Below, one piece after another: positions 27,659 to 36,717 of a stretch of DNA of 50,657 nt. This stretch comes from a virus (lineage: Duplodnaviria > Caudoviricetes). A program made the translations under genes and the position numbers. The stretch's first letter is position 1. Each line of letters begins with the position of its first letter. The stretch is taken from positions 1 to 50,657 of the IMG/VR virus record IMGVR_UViG_3300028581_000059, one strand, 5' to 3'. The notes beneath the pieces were generated by a model. The model saw nothing but the letters and a program-made list of their open reading frames with translations, had not been told where the DNA came from and made no database searches.

Positions 27659-27883
27659 CTATTCTCCCGCTGCTGGATAAAGTCCCGCGTCCTTTAATGC
27701 CTGCACATTCTCCGCACTTGCTGTCCACACCTTCCGCTTTCCGGGATTCCGGTGGATGTGCTTTTTCCCCGCCAGTATCTCCTCGATGTCGTTATAACTG
27801 AGACACCGGGCGAGCTTTTCAGCTTTCAGAAATGCCGGATGGTCTGCCGCTTTCATAATGATAATTGGTCCGATTCTTGTCAT
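27659..27883 (-). CDS. Hypothetical protein
   Basis: GAGGAGG RBS before MTRIG. Confidence 0.5.
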   Translation of the reverse strand: MTRIGPIIIMKAADHPAFLKAEKLARCLSYNDIEEILAGKKHIHRNPGKRKVWTASAENVQALKDAGLYPAAGE

Positions 27884-28065
27884 GTTTTCCTCCTCTTCCA
27901 AAGCCAGCACTCGTCATGCGGCTTCGCGTGTCTCCCGTTTTCCTTCCATTCCGGGCAACGTGCCGTCCGGTACATCCGGCAGGTGGAACATTCCCGAACC
28001 ACCAACGCCATCACCATATCCACGACCTTCTGCTGGTATTTGATTGCCTCGATTTCGGTGTTCAT
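27880..28065 (-). CDS. Small Cys-rich protein
   Basis: Strong RBS; overlaps neighbouring genes. Confidence 0.45.
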   Translation of the reverse strand: MNTEIEAIKYQQKVVDMVMALVVRECSTCRMYRTARCPEWKENGRHAKPHDECWLWKRRKT

Positions 28066-28425
28066 CCCCTCCCCCTCCCTACTTCCCTATCGTACCGTTG
28101 ATGCAATCTGAAATCGTCCTCAGCTTCCCTCTCGGCCTCCCGCTCCCGGATCTCATCCGCATCAAACTCCGGCGGCGGATCATAGCGATGGGGATCTTCA
28201 AGATGGCGGTATCTTTCGGTCATAACACCCTCGTCAAAACGCAAAGCCGCCGCTTCCCTGTGCGGAGATCCCGCAGCCGCATGACGATGAGGCCGATGCC
28301 GTGGAAAATCAGAACACCAAGGCCGAATAGCGAAAATATGCAGGCACAGACAAAAAGCATCTCTCGATATTCATCCATACCCCCTCCTATTCATGCGGGT
28401 CGGCAAACTGGCCCTGCATGTGCAA

Positions 28426-28779
28426 CTAAGTGAACGCTGCGAGACATGCCCTTGCCGCTTCCATCATTTCCCGGATTTGGGACAATCTCTTCATAATGTT
28501 TTCTGATACGTCGATGGGGTCGGTTTGCTTTTCCGCACCCGCTACCGTCTGCGAGGGAACTGATTTGATCTTCGTTGCCAGTTCAAACACGGAATAGGCG
28601 ATTGCGTTAAGCTGCGTTAGCTGGCAAATAATAATATCCATATCTGTCTGTGTCGTTGGTGGCGCTGGTATCGGCCCGAGTCTTTTTGCTTCCTGTGAAC
28701 ACGCTCCTTGTAACTGCATACCCCCTCCTATAAGATCCCCTTGAAAGTTTTGTATGCGATTCCCTTTTTCATCAGCCAC
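28426..28779 (-). CDS. Hypothetical protein
   Basis: ORF in the leftward operon; start uncertain. Confidence 0.45.
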   Translation of the reverse strand: MADEKGNRIQNFQGDLIGGGMQLQGACSQEAKRLGPIPAPPTTQTDMDIIICQLTQLNAIAYSVFELATKIKSVPSQTVAGAEKQTDPIDVSENIMKRLSQIREMMEAARACLAAFT

Positions 28780-28913
28780 TTTGATGCCTGGCGGCGGGTT
28801 GGTTCTTTACCACGCATGGAAGGGATATCGTCACATGCCTTGCGAAAATTTGCGTCGCCGTCCTTCAAAAACTTCACCACCTTATTTTCATTGATTGGCC
28901 GCATACCCCCTCC

Positions 28914-29306
28914 TCATTCGTGCGGATTTGCAAAATTTTTGTCCGTCATCCGCAAGACCTCCAAGACCTCATGCCCGAGCGTTTCAATGTTATCTACCCG
29001 GACCCCCTTTTCATCCCGATATCCCGTCAGCCATATCTCAGGGGGATTGCCGTATCTGGCATAGCCCCCGATGTTCCGGGCTGCGGGGCCTGAATTGAAA
29101 TTACGGGCTTCGGGTAAATCGTACATGGACCGATCCCCGACGATGTGGATCTGAAACGTGACCGTGGCGACATGATGACCCGTCCGGTCGATGGTGGCGC
29201 AACCGTACATGCAATAAAGAAACACGCAGAATAGTACAAATAGGCACCATCCCATTGCCCTTCTGCACATCATGTCTCTCTGCTCGTATGTAAGTTTGCG
29301 ATCCAT
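28914..29306 (-). CDS. Putative lipoprotein with HExxE motif
   Basis: Hydrophobic N-terminus ending YGC; TLGHEVLE. Confidence 0.5.
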   Translation of the reverse strand: MDRKLTYEQRDMMCRRAMGWCLFVLFCVFLYCMYGCATIDRTGHHVATVTFQIHIVGDRSMYDLPEARNFNSGPAARNIGGYARYGNPPEIWLTGYRDEKGVRVDNIETLGHEVLEVLRMTDKNFANPHE

Positions 29307-29332
29307 AACTTTCCTTTGGTTGTGGCCCCGAC

Positions 29333-29602
29333 TCAGCAGGGCTGATTCAAGGGCGGCAAAAGCCCTCTTTCTGCCCCGGTATCCGTCAACCCCGCCATCG
29401 GCGCTATCGTCCCTGTCGGCGGTATCGTCACTCTTGGCTTATTCTTTGCGTTAGCCCGATATTCCATCTCCACAAATTCGGGGTCGGCGATGTACCGCCC
29501 GATCTCGCTGAGCATCGTCGTCTTGTCTTCACAAACGAGCCTTGTGCATCCCACCGTAACAATCCAACCGTTGTTCACTCCCTCGATATTAATGTTGTGC
29601 AT
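29333..29602 (-). CDS. Hypothetical phage protein
   Basis: AGGAGG RBS; VNNGWIVTVGC. Confidence 0.6.
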   Translation of the reverse strand: MHNINIEGVNNGWIVTVGCTRLVCEDKTTMLSEIGRYIADPEFVEMEYRANAKNKPRVTIPPTGTIAPMAGLTDTGAERGLLPPLNQPC

Positions 29603-29763
29603 GTCTCCCTCCTTTAATTGGAGCCGGGGCTACTATTCCCCGGCCCCGTTCACAGATACCTTCCGCGTGGACCTATGATGTCGGGTTCCTCCTTTCGCAA
29701 GATTCCTTTCTAATTTATCTGTTTATTCCCGGTTGCCTGATACGCTTCCGCTCCCCACCCTTT

Positions 29764-30360
29764 TCAGGGTCCGCACGATTCGCCGGTGATCAGAGGGGAA
29801 GGCGGTTGCTTTAAGTTTGGCCGCCTGTGTTCCCTGCTGTCTGCCGCACGATCAAGCGCGGGGTACTGCGTCCCTCGACCGTCGGTGTCATCGCCCTTAA
29901 GGCTCGCCGGGGCGGAGGGGGTATTAATGAGCATTTTTACTGCAATCATCGAGATCAACATTTGCTTTTTTTGCCTATTTATCCTTGCGTGTTCCGCACC
30001 GTGGCATTTGCGACAAAGTAAGACCACGCGATTTGGATCAGAGTAATCAGGATGGTGTTTTATCTTGTATGGATCATTGCAGGGGCATTCGGATATAATC
30101 TCTACCAAATAAGGATTACTACGCACATATTCTTTAATGTTTCGGTGTTCGATGAGTTTATCATAACTGCCATTTGGAAGAATAAAGGAAGTCCCGGTTT
30201 CAATATCCTGCTCATTTAAGCCGTACATATCATCGCATTGTTCCGGTGATAGGGAAGGAATGAAAGAACGCGCAGCTTTCGCCGAATGCCTTTCGTTGAA
30301 ATCGTGCATGTTGAGATAAAAACGATTATTTATTTTCATAAAATTATCCACGGTCAACAT
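29764..30360 (-). CDS. HNH-like protein
   Basis: HHPDYSDPNRVVLLCRKCHGAEH. Confidence 0.6.
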   Translation of the reverse strand: MLTVDNFMKINNRFYLNMHDFNERHSAKAARSFIPSLSPEQCDDMYGLNEQDIETGTSFILPNGSYDKLIEHRNIKEYVRSNPYLVEIISECPCNDPYKIKHHPDYSDPNRVVLLCRKCHGAEHARINRQKKQMLISMIAVKMLINTPSAPASLKGDDTDGRGTQYPALDRAADSREHRRPNLKQPPSPLITGESCGP

Positions 30361-30413
30361 TTCTTTTATCCAGCCTCACTTTCCGCAACGTGTAACTTAT
30401 TTACGGCTGCATT

Positions 30414-30467
30414 TTACATCTGGTGTAACTAAAAAGCAATGTAAATATTGTTATACAATGTATAACA
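30414..30467. promoter_or_regulatory. Left operators, TTACA-N5-TGTAA type
   Basis: ttacatctggtgtaa at 30414-30428; tgttatacaatgtataaca at 30449-30467. Confidence 0.6.
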
Positions 30468-30476
30468 TAAAGTCAT

Positions 30477-30504
30477 TTGACATTTCCGTGGATTCTGTTA
30501 CACT
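30477..30504 (+). promoter_or_regulatory. Sigma70 promoter for the putative repressor (leaderless)
   Basis: TTGACA-N16-TACACT; ATG 7 nt after the -10 box with no RBS. Confidence 0.55.
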
Positions 30505-30511
30505 GCTGACC

Positions 30512-30904
30512 ATGCAAACGGAAAAGAATTTTTACAGACAGGTCCAGAAAGAAGTTCTTGTTCCCATCCTCGATAAACTATACTCTAAACGCGGCGCGCT
30601 TGCCGATCTCGCAAGGCATTTTGAATCAAACCATTTAATGAAACACGCGAAGAATAGACTTGCGGAACTTCGTTCTGGTAACCGATTATTGTCTTTTTTC
30701 TTTCTAAACATACTAATCAAGGGAGGGGTTATGAGTATAGATCAAATCTTGCGGGGGCGAAATCTTGATGAATTAAATCCCACCGAAAAAGAAATCATTC
30801 TCCGACTGCTTCCAGATCCCGAAATTCTCCAACTCTTATATGATGCAAAAAAAGAAGGAATTGACGCCAAACAGCTTTTGAAGATCAGCTTGAAAAGGTC
30901 GTAA
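30512..30904 (+). CDS. Putative immunity repressor/regulator
   Basis: AT-rich gene at the divergence point flanked by operators; GALADLAR...RLAELRSG HTH-like. Confidence 0.5.
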   Translation: MQTEKNFYRQVQKEVLVPILDKLYSKRGALADLARHFESNHLMKHAKNRLAELRSGNRLLSFFFLNILIKGGVMSIDQILRGRNLDELNPTEKEIILRLLPDPEILQLLYDAKKEGIDAKQLLKISLKRS

Positions 30905-30924
30905 CTTTTTTGTTTCTCTAAATG

Positions 30925-30982
30925 TGACACAATATGTAATAAGCTGTTTTTTTTTGAACATATTAGTTACATATCGTGTAAT
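30925..30982 (+). promoter_or_regulatory. Right operators and rightward promoter
   Basis: tgacacaatatgtaa at 30925-30939; ttacatatcgtgtaa at 30967-30981 overlapping TTGAAC-N17-TGTAAT. Confidence 0.6.
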
Positions 30983-30995
30983 CAAGAGGCCGCCC

Positions 30996-31277
30996 ATGAA
31001 CCACCACGCCACACCGACCATCGCCCGAATCAGGATTAGGATCGCAATCGTAACCATCCTGCTCCTTATCGGGTACATATTCTGTTTGTGGCTGCTTACC
31101 TGCACCGTGCCGCCGGTTATTACTGTTAGCAGATTTACGGGTACAGAGTACACGCCTGCTTACCACGGCGCTGACCTGCTGGAGATCAGCCCGGACGGCA
31201 GCATGACGGCGTTTAAGTGGGACAAAAAGAAGTGGACCTATAAAGTCATGTGGAAGCGGAAAGGTGGAAGGGTATGA
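30996..31277 (+). CDS. Membrane protein
   Basis: GAGG RBS; one long transmembrane segment. Confidence 0.5.
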   Translation: MNHHATPTIARIRIRIAIVTILLLIGYIFCLWLLTCTVPPVITVSRFTGTEYTPAYHGADLLEISPDGSMTAFKWDKKKWTYKVMWKRKGGRV

Positions 31278-31339
31278 TTCTGACCGGCGACTGCCTTGAA
31301 ATCATGCCGACGCTGGACGGTGAATCGAGGTTAGTGTGA
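31274..31339 (+). pseudogene. N-terminal remnant of an N6A/N4C DNA methyltransferase
   Basis: MILTGDCLEIMPTLDGES then stop, before the expected DPPY motif. Confidence 0.6.
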
Positions 31340-32496
31340 ATGAACTATCCCTCTTTTCAGGTGCGGGTGGCGGCCTCCTCGGAACAATGCTCCTTGGCTT
31401 CACCCCCATCGGATATGTTGAATGGGATGACTACTGCCAACGAGTCATTGCCGCAAGAATCCGTGACGGAATCCTGCCCGACGCCCCAATTTTCGGTGAT
31501 ATCAAAACATTCATCTGTGAAGGGTACGCCGCAAGCTATCAGGGAATGGTTGATGTCATCACGGCGGGCTTCCCCTGCCAACCCTTTTCTGTCGCCGGAA
31601 AGCAGAAACAGGCCGGCGACGAAAGAAACCAATGGCCGGCGACAAGCGACGTTATTTCCATTGTCCGGCCAGGATTCGTTCTGCTTGAAAATGTGCCGGG
31701 AATCCGCCGCTACCTGCCCGTGGTCATCCGAGACTTGCGCCGACTTGGGTATGACGTTCGACGACCCCTCCAGCTTGGGGCTGACGATTGCGGAGCCCCG
31801 CACAGACGGAAACGGGTATGGATTATGGCCGACCTGTGTGTCGAACGAAGGCAGGAACAGACGTCTTCCAGATGGGAAGCGCGGGTGGGGCTTGGAATCG
31901 GCCGTCAGAATTTGGCCGACGCCACAAGCGGAGAATTTCAGAAGCCGAGGCGGAAGACGGAAGGGAGAAATGGGCCTGGACAGAGCCGTGAAGTTATGGC
32001 CCACGCCGAAAGCCCAACGCCCCGATCAGGACACGACCTACGCAAGAGGAAATCCAACGCTTGCGAGAGCGGTGAATCGATCAATATGGCCCACGCCGAA
32101 AGGAACACCGTCCGGCCCGGACTTTGCCCGGATGAATCGGAAAGGATCAGGCGGGGACGATTTGGCGACGGCGGTTGCGAAATGGCCGACACCCGCTGCA
32201 ACGGACGGGCAGAGAGGCGGCAGGATGACTTTGAATATGACGGGGCAAAGCCTGACGCAGATGGTGAACAGTTTCCCGACACCAAAGAGTCGGGATTGGA
32301 AAGGCAAGTCACAAAGGGGGACACATGCACCGATGGATGCCTTGTGCAACAAGCTGGATGTGACTGGTGGACAACTGAACCCGACGTGGGTCGAGTGGCT
32401 AATGGGGTGGCCTCTCGGGTGGACCGACTTAAAGCCCTTGGCAATGGACAAGTTCCAAGAGTGGTTGCGACAGCATGGAAAATTTTGACGGGATGA
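31336..32496 (+). CDS. C5-cytosine DNA methyltransferase, catalytic chain
   Basis: LFSGAGG (I), GFPCQPFS (IV), LENVPG (VI), HRRKRVW (VIII), LKALGNGQV (X); no motif IX in this frame. Confidence 0.92.
   Translation: MNELSLFSGAGGGLLGTMLLGFTPIGYVEWDDYCQRVIAARIRDGILPDAPIFGDIKTFICEGYAASYQGMVDVITAGFPCQPFSVAGKQKQAGDERNQWPATSDVISIVRPGFVLLENVPGIRRYLPVVIRDLRRLGYDVRRPLQLGADDCGAPHRRKRVWIMADLCVERRQEQTSSRWEARVGLGIGRQNLADATSGEFQKPRRKTEGRNGPGQSREVMAHAESPTPRSGHDLRKRKSNACESGESINMAHAERNTVRPGLCPDESERIRRGRFGDGGCEMADTRCNGRAERRQDDFEYDGAKPDADGEQFPDTKESGLERQVTKGDTCTDGCLVQQAGCDWWTTEPDVGRVANGVASRVDRLKALGNGQVPRVVATAWKILTG
31340..32488 (+). CDS. Alternative-frame methyltransferase chain: six WPTP modules plus motif IX
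   Basis: 382 codons open in the +1 frame; LNPTWVEWLMGWPLGWT is motif IX-like; true start uncertain. Confidence 0.75.
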   Translation: MNYPSFQVRVAASSEQCSLASPPSDMLNGMTTANESLPQESVTESCPTPQFSVISKHSSVKGTPQAIREWLMSSRRASPANPFLSPESRNRPATKETNGRRQATLFPLSGQDSFCLKMCRESAATCPWSSETCADLGMTFDDPSSLGLTIAEPRTDGNGYGLWPTCVSNEGRNRRLPDGKRGWGLESAVRIWPTPQAENFRSRGGRRKGEMGLDRAVKLWPTPKAQRPDQDTTYARGNPTLARAVNRSIWPTPKGTPSGPDFARMNRKGSGGDDLATAVAKWPTPAATDGQRGGRMTLNMTGQSLTQMVNSFPTPKSRDWKGKSQRGTHAPMDALCNKLDVTGGQLNPTWVEWLMGWPLGWTDLKPLAMDKFQEWLRQHGKF

Positions 32497-32552
32497 AGCG
32501 CATTGACGCGGCCCGGTTGCCGCTGCTGGAGACGGTGGAATAAGGAAAAACC

Positions 32553-32858
32553 ATGAAATGCTCCTGCGGAAATGAAGTCACCCGACCTCATGGGCGCCTG
32601 TGCGAGACGTGCCGAAAAGAGCACCAGGGTCACGGCAAGGGCAGGACCGGCGGTCGGCCCCTTGGCGTGAGGGACAAAAGGCAAAGAAAGCCCCTGGCGG
32701 TTGTGACTGGGGTTTCGATCCCATGCCTGTGTTGCGGAAGGGTTTTTTTAAGCACCCACAAGGGAAACCGGATGTGTTCCCGCTGCGCGAACGCCCAAGA
32801 GAACATAATCGATCAGGGCAGGGAATCCCGGCAGGGAGCGCATGGAGGGGGAGAATGA
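32553..32858 (+). CDS. Cys-rich hypothetical protein
   Basis: AAGGA RBS; several CxxC pairs. Confidence 0.55.
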   Translation: MKCSCGNEVTRPHGRLCETCRKEHQGHGKGRTGGRPLGVRDKRQRKPLAVVTGVSIPCLCCGRVFLSTHKGNRMCSRCANAQENIIDQGRESRQGAHGGGE

Positions 32859-33313
32859 AACATGAAATGACGGTCAGGATTCCCGGAAATCCTATTGCTA
32901 AAAAGCGGCCACGATTTGTCAGGCGGGGAAAGTTTGTCGGCACATATAACTGTCAAGACACAGAGGAGGGGAAATTCAAGTGGGAACTGCTGGCGCAAAA
33001 AAAGGACATGCCTATTATAGAATCGGCTATCCATTTGACGTGCCGTTTTTTCATGCCTATTCCCGCCAGTATATCAAAAAAGAAACGTGCGCTATACGTT
33101 GGCTGTGCTGTTCCTCATATAAAAAAGCCCGACCTCGATAACCTTATCAAATTCGTTAAAGATTGCGCGAATGGGGTCTTGTGGCGGGACGATTCGCAAG
33201 TTAACTCATTGACCGCATCAAAGGCATATCACCCTCAACCAGGAACGGAAATTAGATTGGAGTGGGATCAGCGCGAAACGGACGACATCATCATCGAGGA
33301 GTGTGGCCTATGA
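32855..33313 (+). CDS. rusA: RusA-family Holliday junction resolvase
   Basis: PIAKKRPR, KPDLDNLIKFVKD, WRDDSQV. Confidence 0.9.
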   Translation: MKHEMTVRIPGNPIAKKRPRFVRRGKFVGTYNCQDTEEGKFKWELLAQKKDMPIIESAIHLTCRFFMPIPASISKKKRALYVGCAVPHIKKPDLDNLIKFVKDCANGVLWRDDSQVNSLTASKAYHPQPGTEIRLEWDQRETDDIIIEECGL

Positions 33314-33334
33314 CCAGACAGGAGGAAAAGGGTA

Positions 33335-33676
33335 ATGGCTAAAACACCGGCAAAAAAAGCGGCAAAAAAGTATCGGCCTGATGAGGTATTTCGGCGGACG
33401 CCAAGCGGAAAATACCATCCCATCAAATACCAAGGGAGCGGCTTTTTGATGGATGGAATATGGCTGGTGCAAAACGGGAAATGCAATATGTCCTGTTTAA
33501 TCAGCCTTAAAGAGAAGGTGCCGATATTTGCGTTGAATTATCGGCAGCACGAGCTTGCACTTTGCCAACACATTCAGGCGAAATTCAAGGAGGGCCGACT
33601 GTCGCTCATGGATGAGGCGCGGTTGGCCTGTGACTTTTTTGCAGAAATCGCGGCGAAACAAGCGGAGGAAATATGA
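33335..33676 (+). CDS. Hypothetical protein
   Basis: RBS; coupled to the next gene. Confidence 0.55.
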   Translation: MAKTPAKKAAKKYRPDEVFRRTPSGKYHPIKYQGSGFLMDGIWLVQNGKCNMSCLISLKEKVPIFALNYRQHELALCQHIQAKFKEGRLSLMDEARLACDFFAEIAAKQAEEI

Positions 33677-33960
33677 AAGAAATTTACGATAATCCATACG
33701 AGTATGCAGGAATCCTGGCGCAGGTCGCCGCCGATGCAGTGTCAGAAAAACTAAACAAGATTGCTGACAAAACGGGAGAGGATGCGGCATTTTATGGATT
33801 CAGGATCATTTTTGATTTCAGTCTGTTAAGCAACGGATTCGATAAAATTGAGCAGACGATCAGGGTGACGGAAACCCATAATTGGAACTATCCCGAAGGA
33901 ATCATTGTAAAAAAACTTATGGAGGCGGAGGGGGGTGAAGATGAAAACCTACGAGCTTAA
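33673..33960 (+). CDS. Hypothetical protein
   Basis: GGAGG RBS; ATGA overlap. Confidence 0.55.
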   Translation: MKEIYDNPYEYAGILAQVAADAVSEKLNKIADKTGEDAAFYGFRIIFDFSLLSNGFDKIEQTIRVTETHNWNYPEGIIVKKLMEAEGGEDENLRA

Positions 33961-34222
33961 TGGTGCATCGGCACAATCGGCAATGCTCTGGTTTCTGCGG
34001 CACGAAAGATTGCGCCATTATCAGGACATTGAAACAATTGAACGGGACATTGAAGGACTGCTGGCGTTAAAAATCAAAATGCCGGACCATCCGCCGCTTG
34101 ATACCTTCATCGCGGTGCCGGACCTTATTGCTGACGCCAAGGAAATGGTCAGTGACCATATCGAGGATACCGACGAAATGGTCTATCCGCCGATTGTGAA
34201 TTATCCGAAAGCGGGTGAATGA
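33935..34222 (+). CDS. Hypothetical protein
   Basis: RBS; operon position. Confidence 0.5.
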   Translation: MKMKTYELNGASAQSAMLWFLRHERLRHYQDIETIERDIEGLLALKIKMPDHPPLDTFIAVPDLIADAKEMVSDHIEDTDEMVYPPIVNYPKAGE

Positions 34223-34539
34223 TGAGGATACCGGAGAATGTACGAATAATGGGCCGTACGGTGCGGGTAATATATCCACATGTCTTTCAGGAACGGGATG
34301 ATTGTAACGGGTTAGCCAGTCCCGACACGGATCAAATCCTCTTGGCCGCGCAATGTAACGGTGCGCCTCTTTCGGAGGGGGCTATTGCTGAAAACTTTTT
34401 GCATGAGATAGGCCACCATGTTTCCCATATTGTAACAGGGAATGTCCGACTGGACGATGACGAGACTAAACACTCGATGATATTCCGGTTATTGTTCGCA
34501 ATTATCCGGGATAATGACCTCGATTTCAGAAAGGAATGA
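34219..34539 (+). CDS. Small zincin-like (HExxH) protein
   Basis: NFLHEIGHH. Confidence 0.6.
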   Translation: MMRIPENVRIMGRTVRVIYPHVFQERDDCNGLASPDTDQILLAAQCNGAPLSEGAIAENFLHEIGHHVSHIVTGNVRLDDDETKHSMIFRLLFAIIRDNDLDFRKE

Positions 34540-34541
34540 TA

Positions 34542-34715
34542 ATGGATAAGAAACCGAAATGCCCCATTTGCGGAGGGACGGGATTTGTAAACGGTGAAAT
34601 CTGTTTCTGTATTACCGGCAAAAAGCCCGATAATTTGCCGGATTTACCGGACGTATTGAAGGACATTTTTGGGGATCTTTTCCACCACAAGGGGGACGAA
34701 ACGGGGGTGAAGTAG
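34542..34715 (+). CDS. Small zinc-finger protein
   Basis: MDKKPKCPICGGTG...CFC, 57 aa. Confidence 0.5.
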   Translation: MDKKPKCPICGGTGFVNGEICFCITGKKPDNLPDLPDVLKDIFGDLFHHKGDETGVK

Positions 34716-35044
34716 TGGAAAAAAAAATCAAGGATGGTCAAGAAGTGTCGGCAAATTCTACCAAACGCCGACATTATGTGCCGGTGGGCCTGATCGAACA
34801 ATTCATTTTGAACTATGGCGCTGTCCCGCCGGAGTTTGGGGTAGCGGGTAATGAATGGAGAAACTACCGGATTGAATACGGCGGTCACGCTCAATCGTGT
34901 TTTATGGAGAAGGTGATTTATCTCCCACGTTATAGTGATCCCTATGTAATCGAATTGCTTTTTGATCTTTGGCAGGCGAAAACAAAACACGCACGGCGCA
35001 AAATCCTGCATAAAATCATACAGGAGGTGGAGAGGAGCCTATAA
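34715..35044 (+). CDS. Hypothetical protein
   Basis: Coupled ORF in the operon. Confidence 0.5.
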   Translation: MEKKIKDGQEVSANSTKRRHYVPVGLIEQFILNYGAVPPEFGVAGNEWRNYRIEYGGHAQSCFMEKVIYLPRYSDPYVIELLFDLWQAKTKHARRKILHKIIQEVERSL

Positions 35045-35268
35045 TGAAAATACCCTGGACAGACGAGGAACGGGACATTTTAAGGCAAATGGCCGGTGCC
35101 GGGAAGCGGGCGAGAGAGATCGGTTTGGTTTTGAAAAGCCGGACAGAGGCGGCGGTTGTGACACAGGCGCAATCACTCGGGTTAAGTTTAGGCGGGGAAA
35201 AGCCGGAAGTAGATTTTGAGGCTTTCAAACGAATTATGCAAAATGTGAGGAAAACAGAATGCCTATAA
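35044..35268 (+). CDS. Myb/GcrA-like HTH protein
   Basis: WTDEERDIL...REIGLVLKSRTEAAV. Confidence 0.6.
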   Translation: MKIPWTDEERDILRQMAGAGKRAREIGLVLKSRTEAAVVTQAQSLGLSLGGEKPEVDFEAFKRIMQNVRKTECL

Positions 35269-36038
35269 TTGCTGTTATATCAGACATTCACGTTGGACAC
35301 CCGGCGGCGGTATGGCCAAAGTCGTTCAAGACAGCCCATGATAATATTATACTGCCGAGCAAGGCGCAACTGGTGATGCTTGAATATTGGAATGATTTTT
35401 TCTCCCTTCCTGACGCCAAAGCAGCAGACTACATCTTGAACTTGGACGAATCAATCGAGGGTTATAACAAAAAAGAGCATGGCCGCGACATTATGACTAC
35501 AAATCTTAATGAACAAATTAACGCCTTCAATCAACTACTTTTGCCCCATATCTCCGGCAAAAAATACGTCTGTGTTGATGGTAGCGGCTATCACGGCTCA
35601 GAGGATACATCGGTTGCGGAGGCAATCTGCAAAGGATTTAAGGGGGAATATTTTGGTCAGATGGTGAATTGGGAAGTCAAGGGGACAAATAGGATTATCC
35701 ATGCCACCCATAAGGCATCCGGCGCTATGCTTTATAAGGCAACGGCCCTTGATCGTAGATCGCTCTATATGAGCGCGGCAAAGTCAAAGATCGGCATAGA
35801 CCCCGATATTATGATTTCAGGCCATATCCATCAATATTTTAGAGTGGATACTATGACCAGGATCAATATCTCCTGTCCCTGTTGGAAGTTTTGGGCACCA
35901 ATAAAAACAGCAGAATCCTATCCATTTAGCCAGCCGTCGGTTGGCGGCGTCATCCTGAAAGTATCTAAAAAGTTTGTTGAAGCTGATAGGTGCCTGTATC
36001 CATTAGAACACATCTATGATGCACTGGTGAAAATGTGA
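35259..36038 (+). CDS. Calcineurin-like metallophosphoesterase
   Basis: SDIHVGH, GSGYH, SGHIH. Confidence 0.8.
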   Translation: MPIIAVISDIHVGHPAAVWPKSFKTAHDNIILPSKAQLVMLEYWNDFFSLPDAKAADYILNLDESIEGYNKKEHGRDIMTTNLNEQINAFNQLLLPHISGKKYVCVDGSGYHGSEDTSVAEAICKGFKGEYFGQMVNWEVKGTNRIIHATHKASGAMLYKATALDRRSLYMSAAKSKIGIDPDIMISGHIHQYFRVDTMTRINISCPCWKFWAPIKTAESYPFSQPSVGGVILKVSKKFVEADRCLYPLEHIYDALVKM

Positions 36039-36634
36039 TGACAAACGCTGAATATCAAAGAGAATATTACCTAAAAAACAGGGAAAGAAAATTAGCAGAG
36101 GCCAAAGAACGCCATCGCAGAAAGCGGGAAGAAATTTTAATCTATTCAAAGAAATGGAGGGCGAAACACCCGGAATATGCAATAGAAAAAAAGAATCAAT
36201 GGAGGAAAGAGAATCCTGAAAAACAGAAGGCTCTTGCTAAAAAAACAAGGGATAAAAAAAGATCAGACCCTAAAAACAGAATATGTGAATCAGTTTCACA
36301 GGGACTTAGGTATTATTTGAAGCACAAAAAGGAAGGCAAGGGTTGGTCTTTGCTATTAAATTTTACCAGTAATGAATTAGTGAGACACCTTGAAAAACAT
36401 TTCAGACCCGGCATGTCATGGGAAAATTACGGCAAATGGCATATTGATCATAAAGTTCCCGTGTCGGTATTTAATTTCAAAAGTGCAGAAGATATTGATT
36501 TCAAACGATGTTGGGACTTAAAGAATTTGCAACCAATGTGGGCTGCCGAAAATATAAGCAAGGGCAATAGACTGTCAAAACCCTTTCAGCCGTCGTTGCC
36601 CATTAACCTTTACAGCGCATTGTGCGAGGTATAA
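36035..36634 (+). CDS. HNH endonuclease
   Basis: GMSWENYGKWHIDHKVP...NLQPMWAAENISK. Confidence 0.85.
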   Translation: MMTNAEYQREYYLKNRERKLAEAKERHRRKREEILIYSKKWRAKHPEYAIEKKNQWRKENPEKQKALAKKTRDKKRSDPKNRICESVSQGLRYYLKHKKEGKGWSLLLNFTSNELVRHLEKHFRPGMSWENYGKWHIDHKVPVSVFNFKSAEDIDFKRCWDLKNLQPMWAAENISKGNRLSKPFQPSLPINLYSALCEV

Positions 36635-36717
36635 TCGCGCCATTTCTCGCGCCTGAGGATTAAAATGAAATGGATTAAGGTTCTTAATAAACACATCCCC
36701 TGGGTGGTGGTGCAATA

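Noticed and set aside
26614-27801. 395-aa plus-strand ORF
   Set aside because: Antisense shadow of the Sak4-like ATPase; no recognisable motifs
31820-32300. CRISPR-like array (about 90-bp periodicity)
   Set aside because: Anchors are short, degenerate and codon-phased; they are protein modules. No CRISPR array or cas gene seen in the window
31357-32684. Long minus-strand ORFs over the methyltransferase
   Set aside because: No motifs or RBS; expected shadows of GC-rich dual-coding sequence
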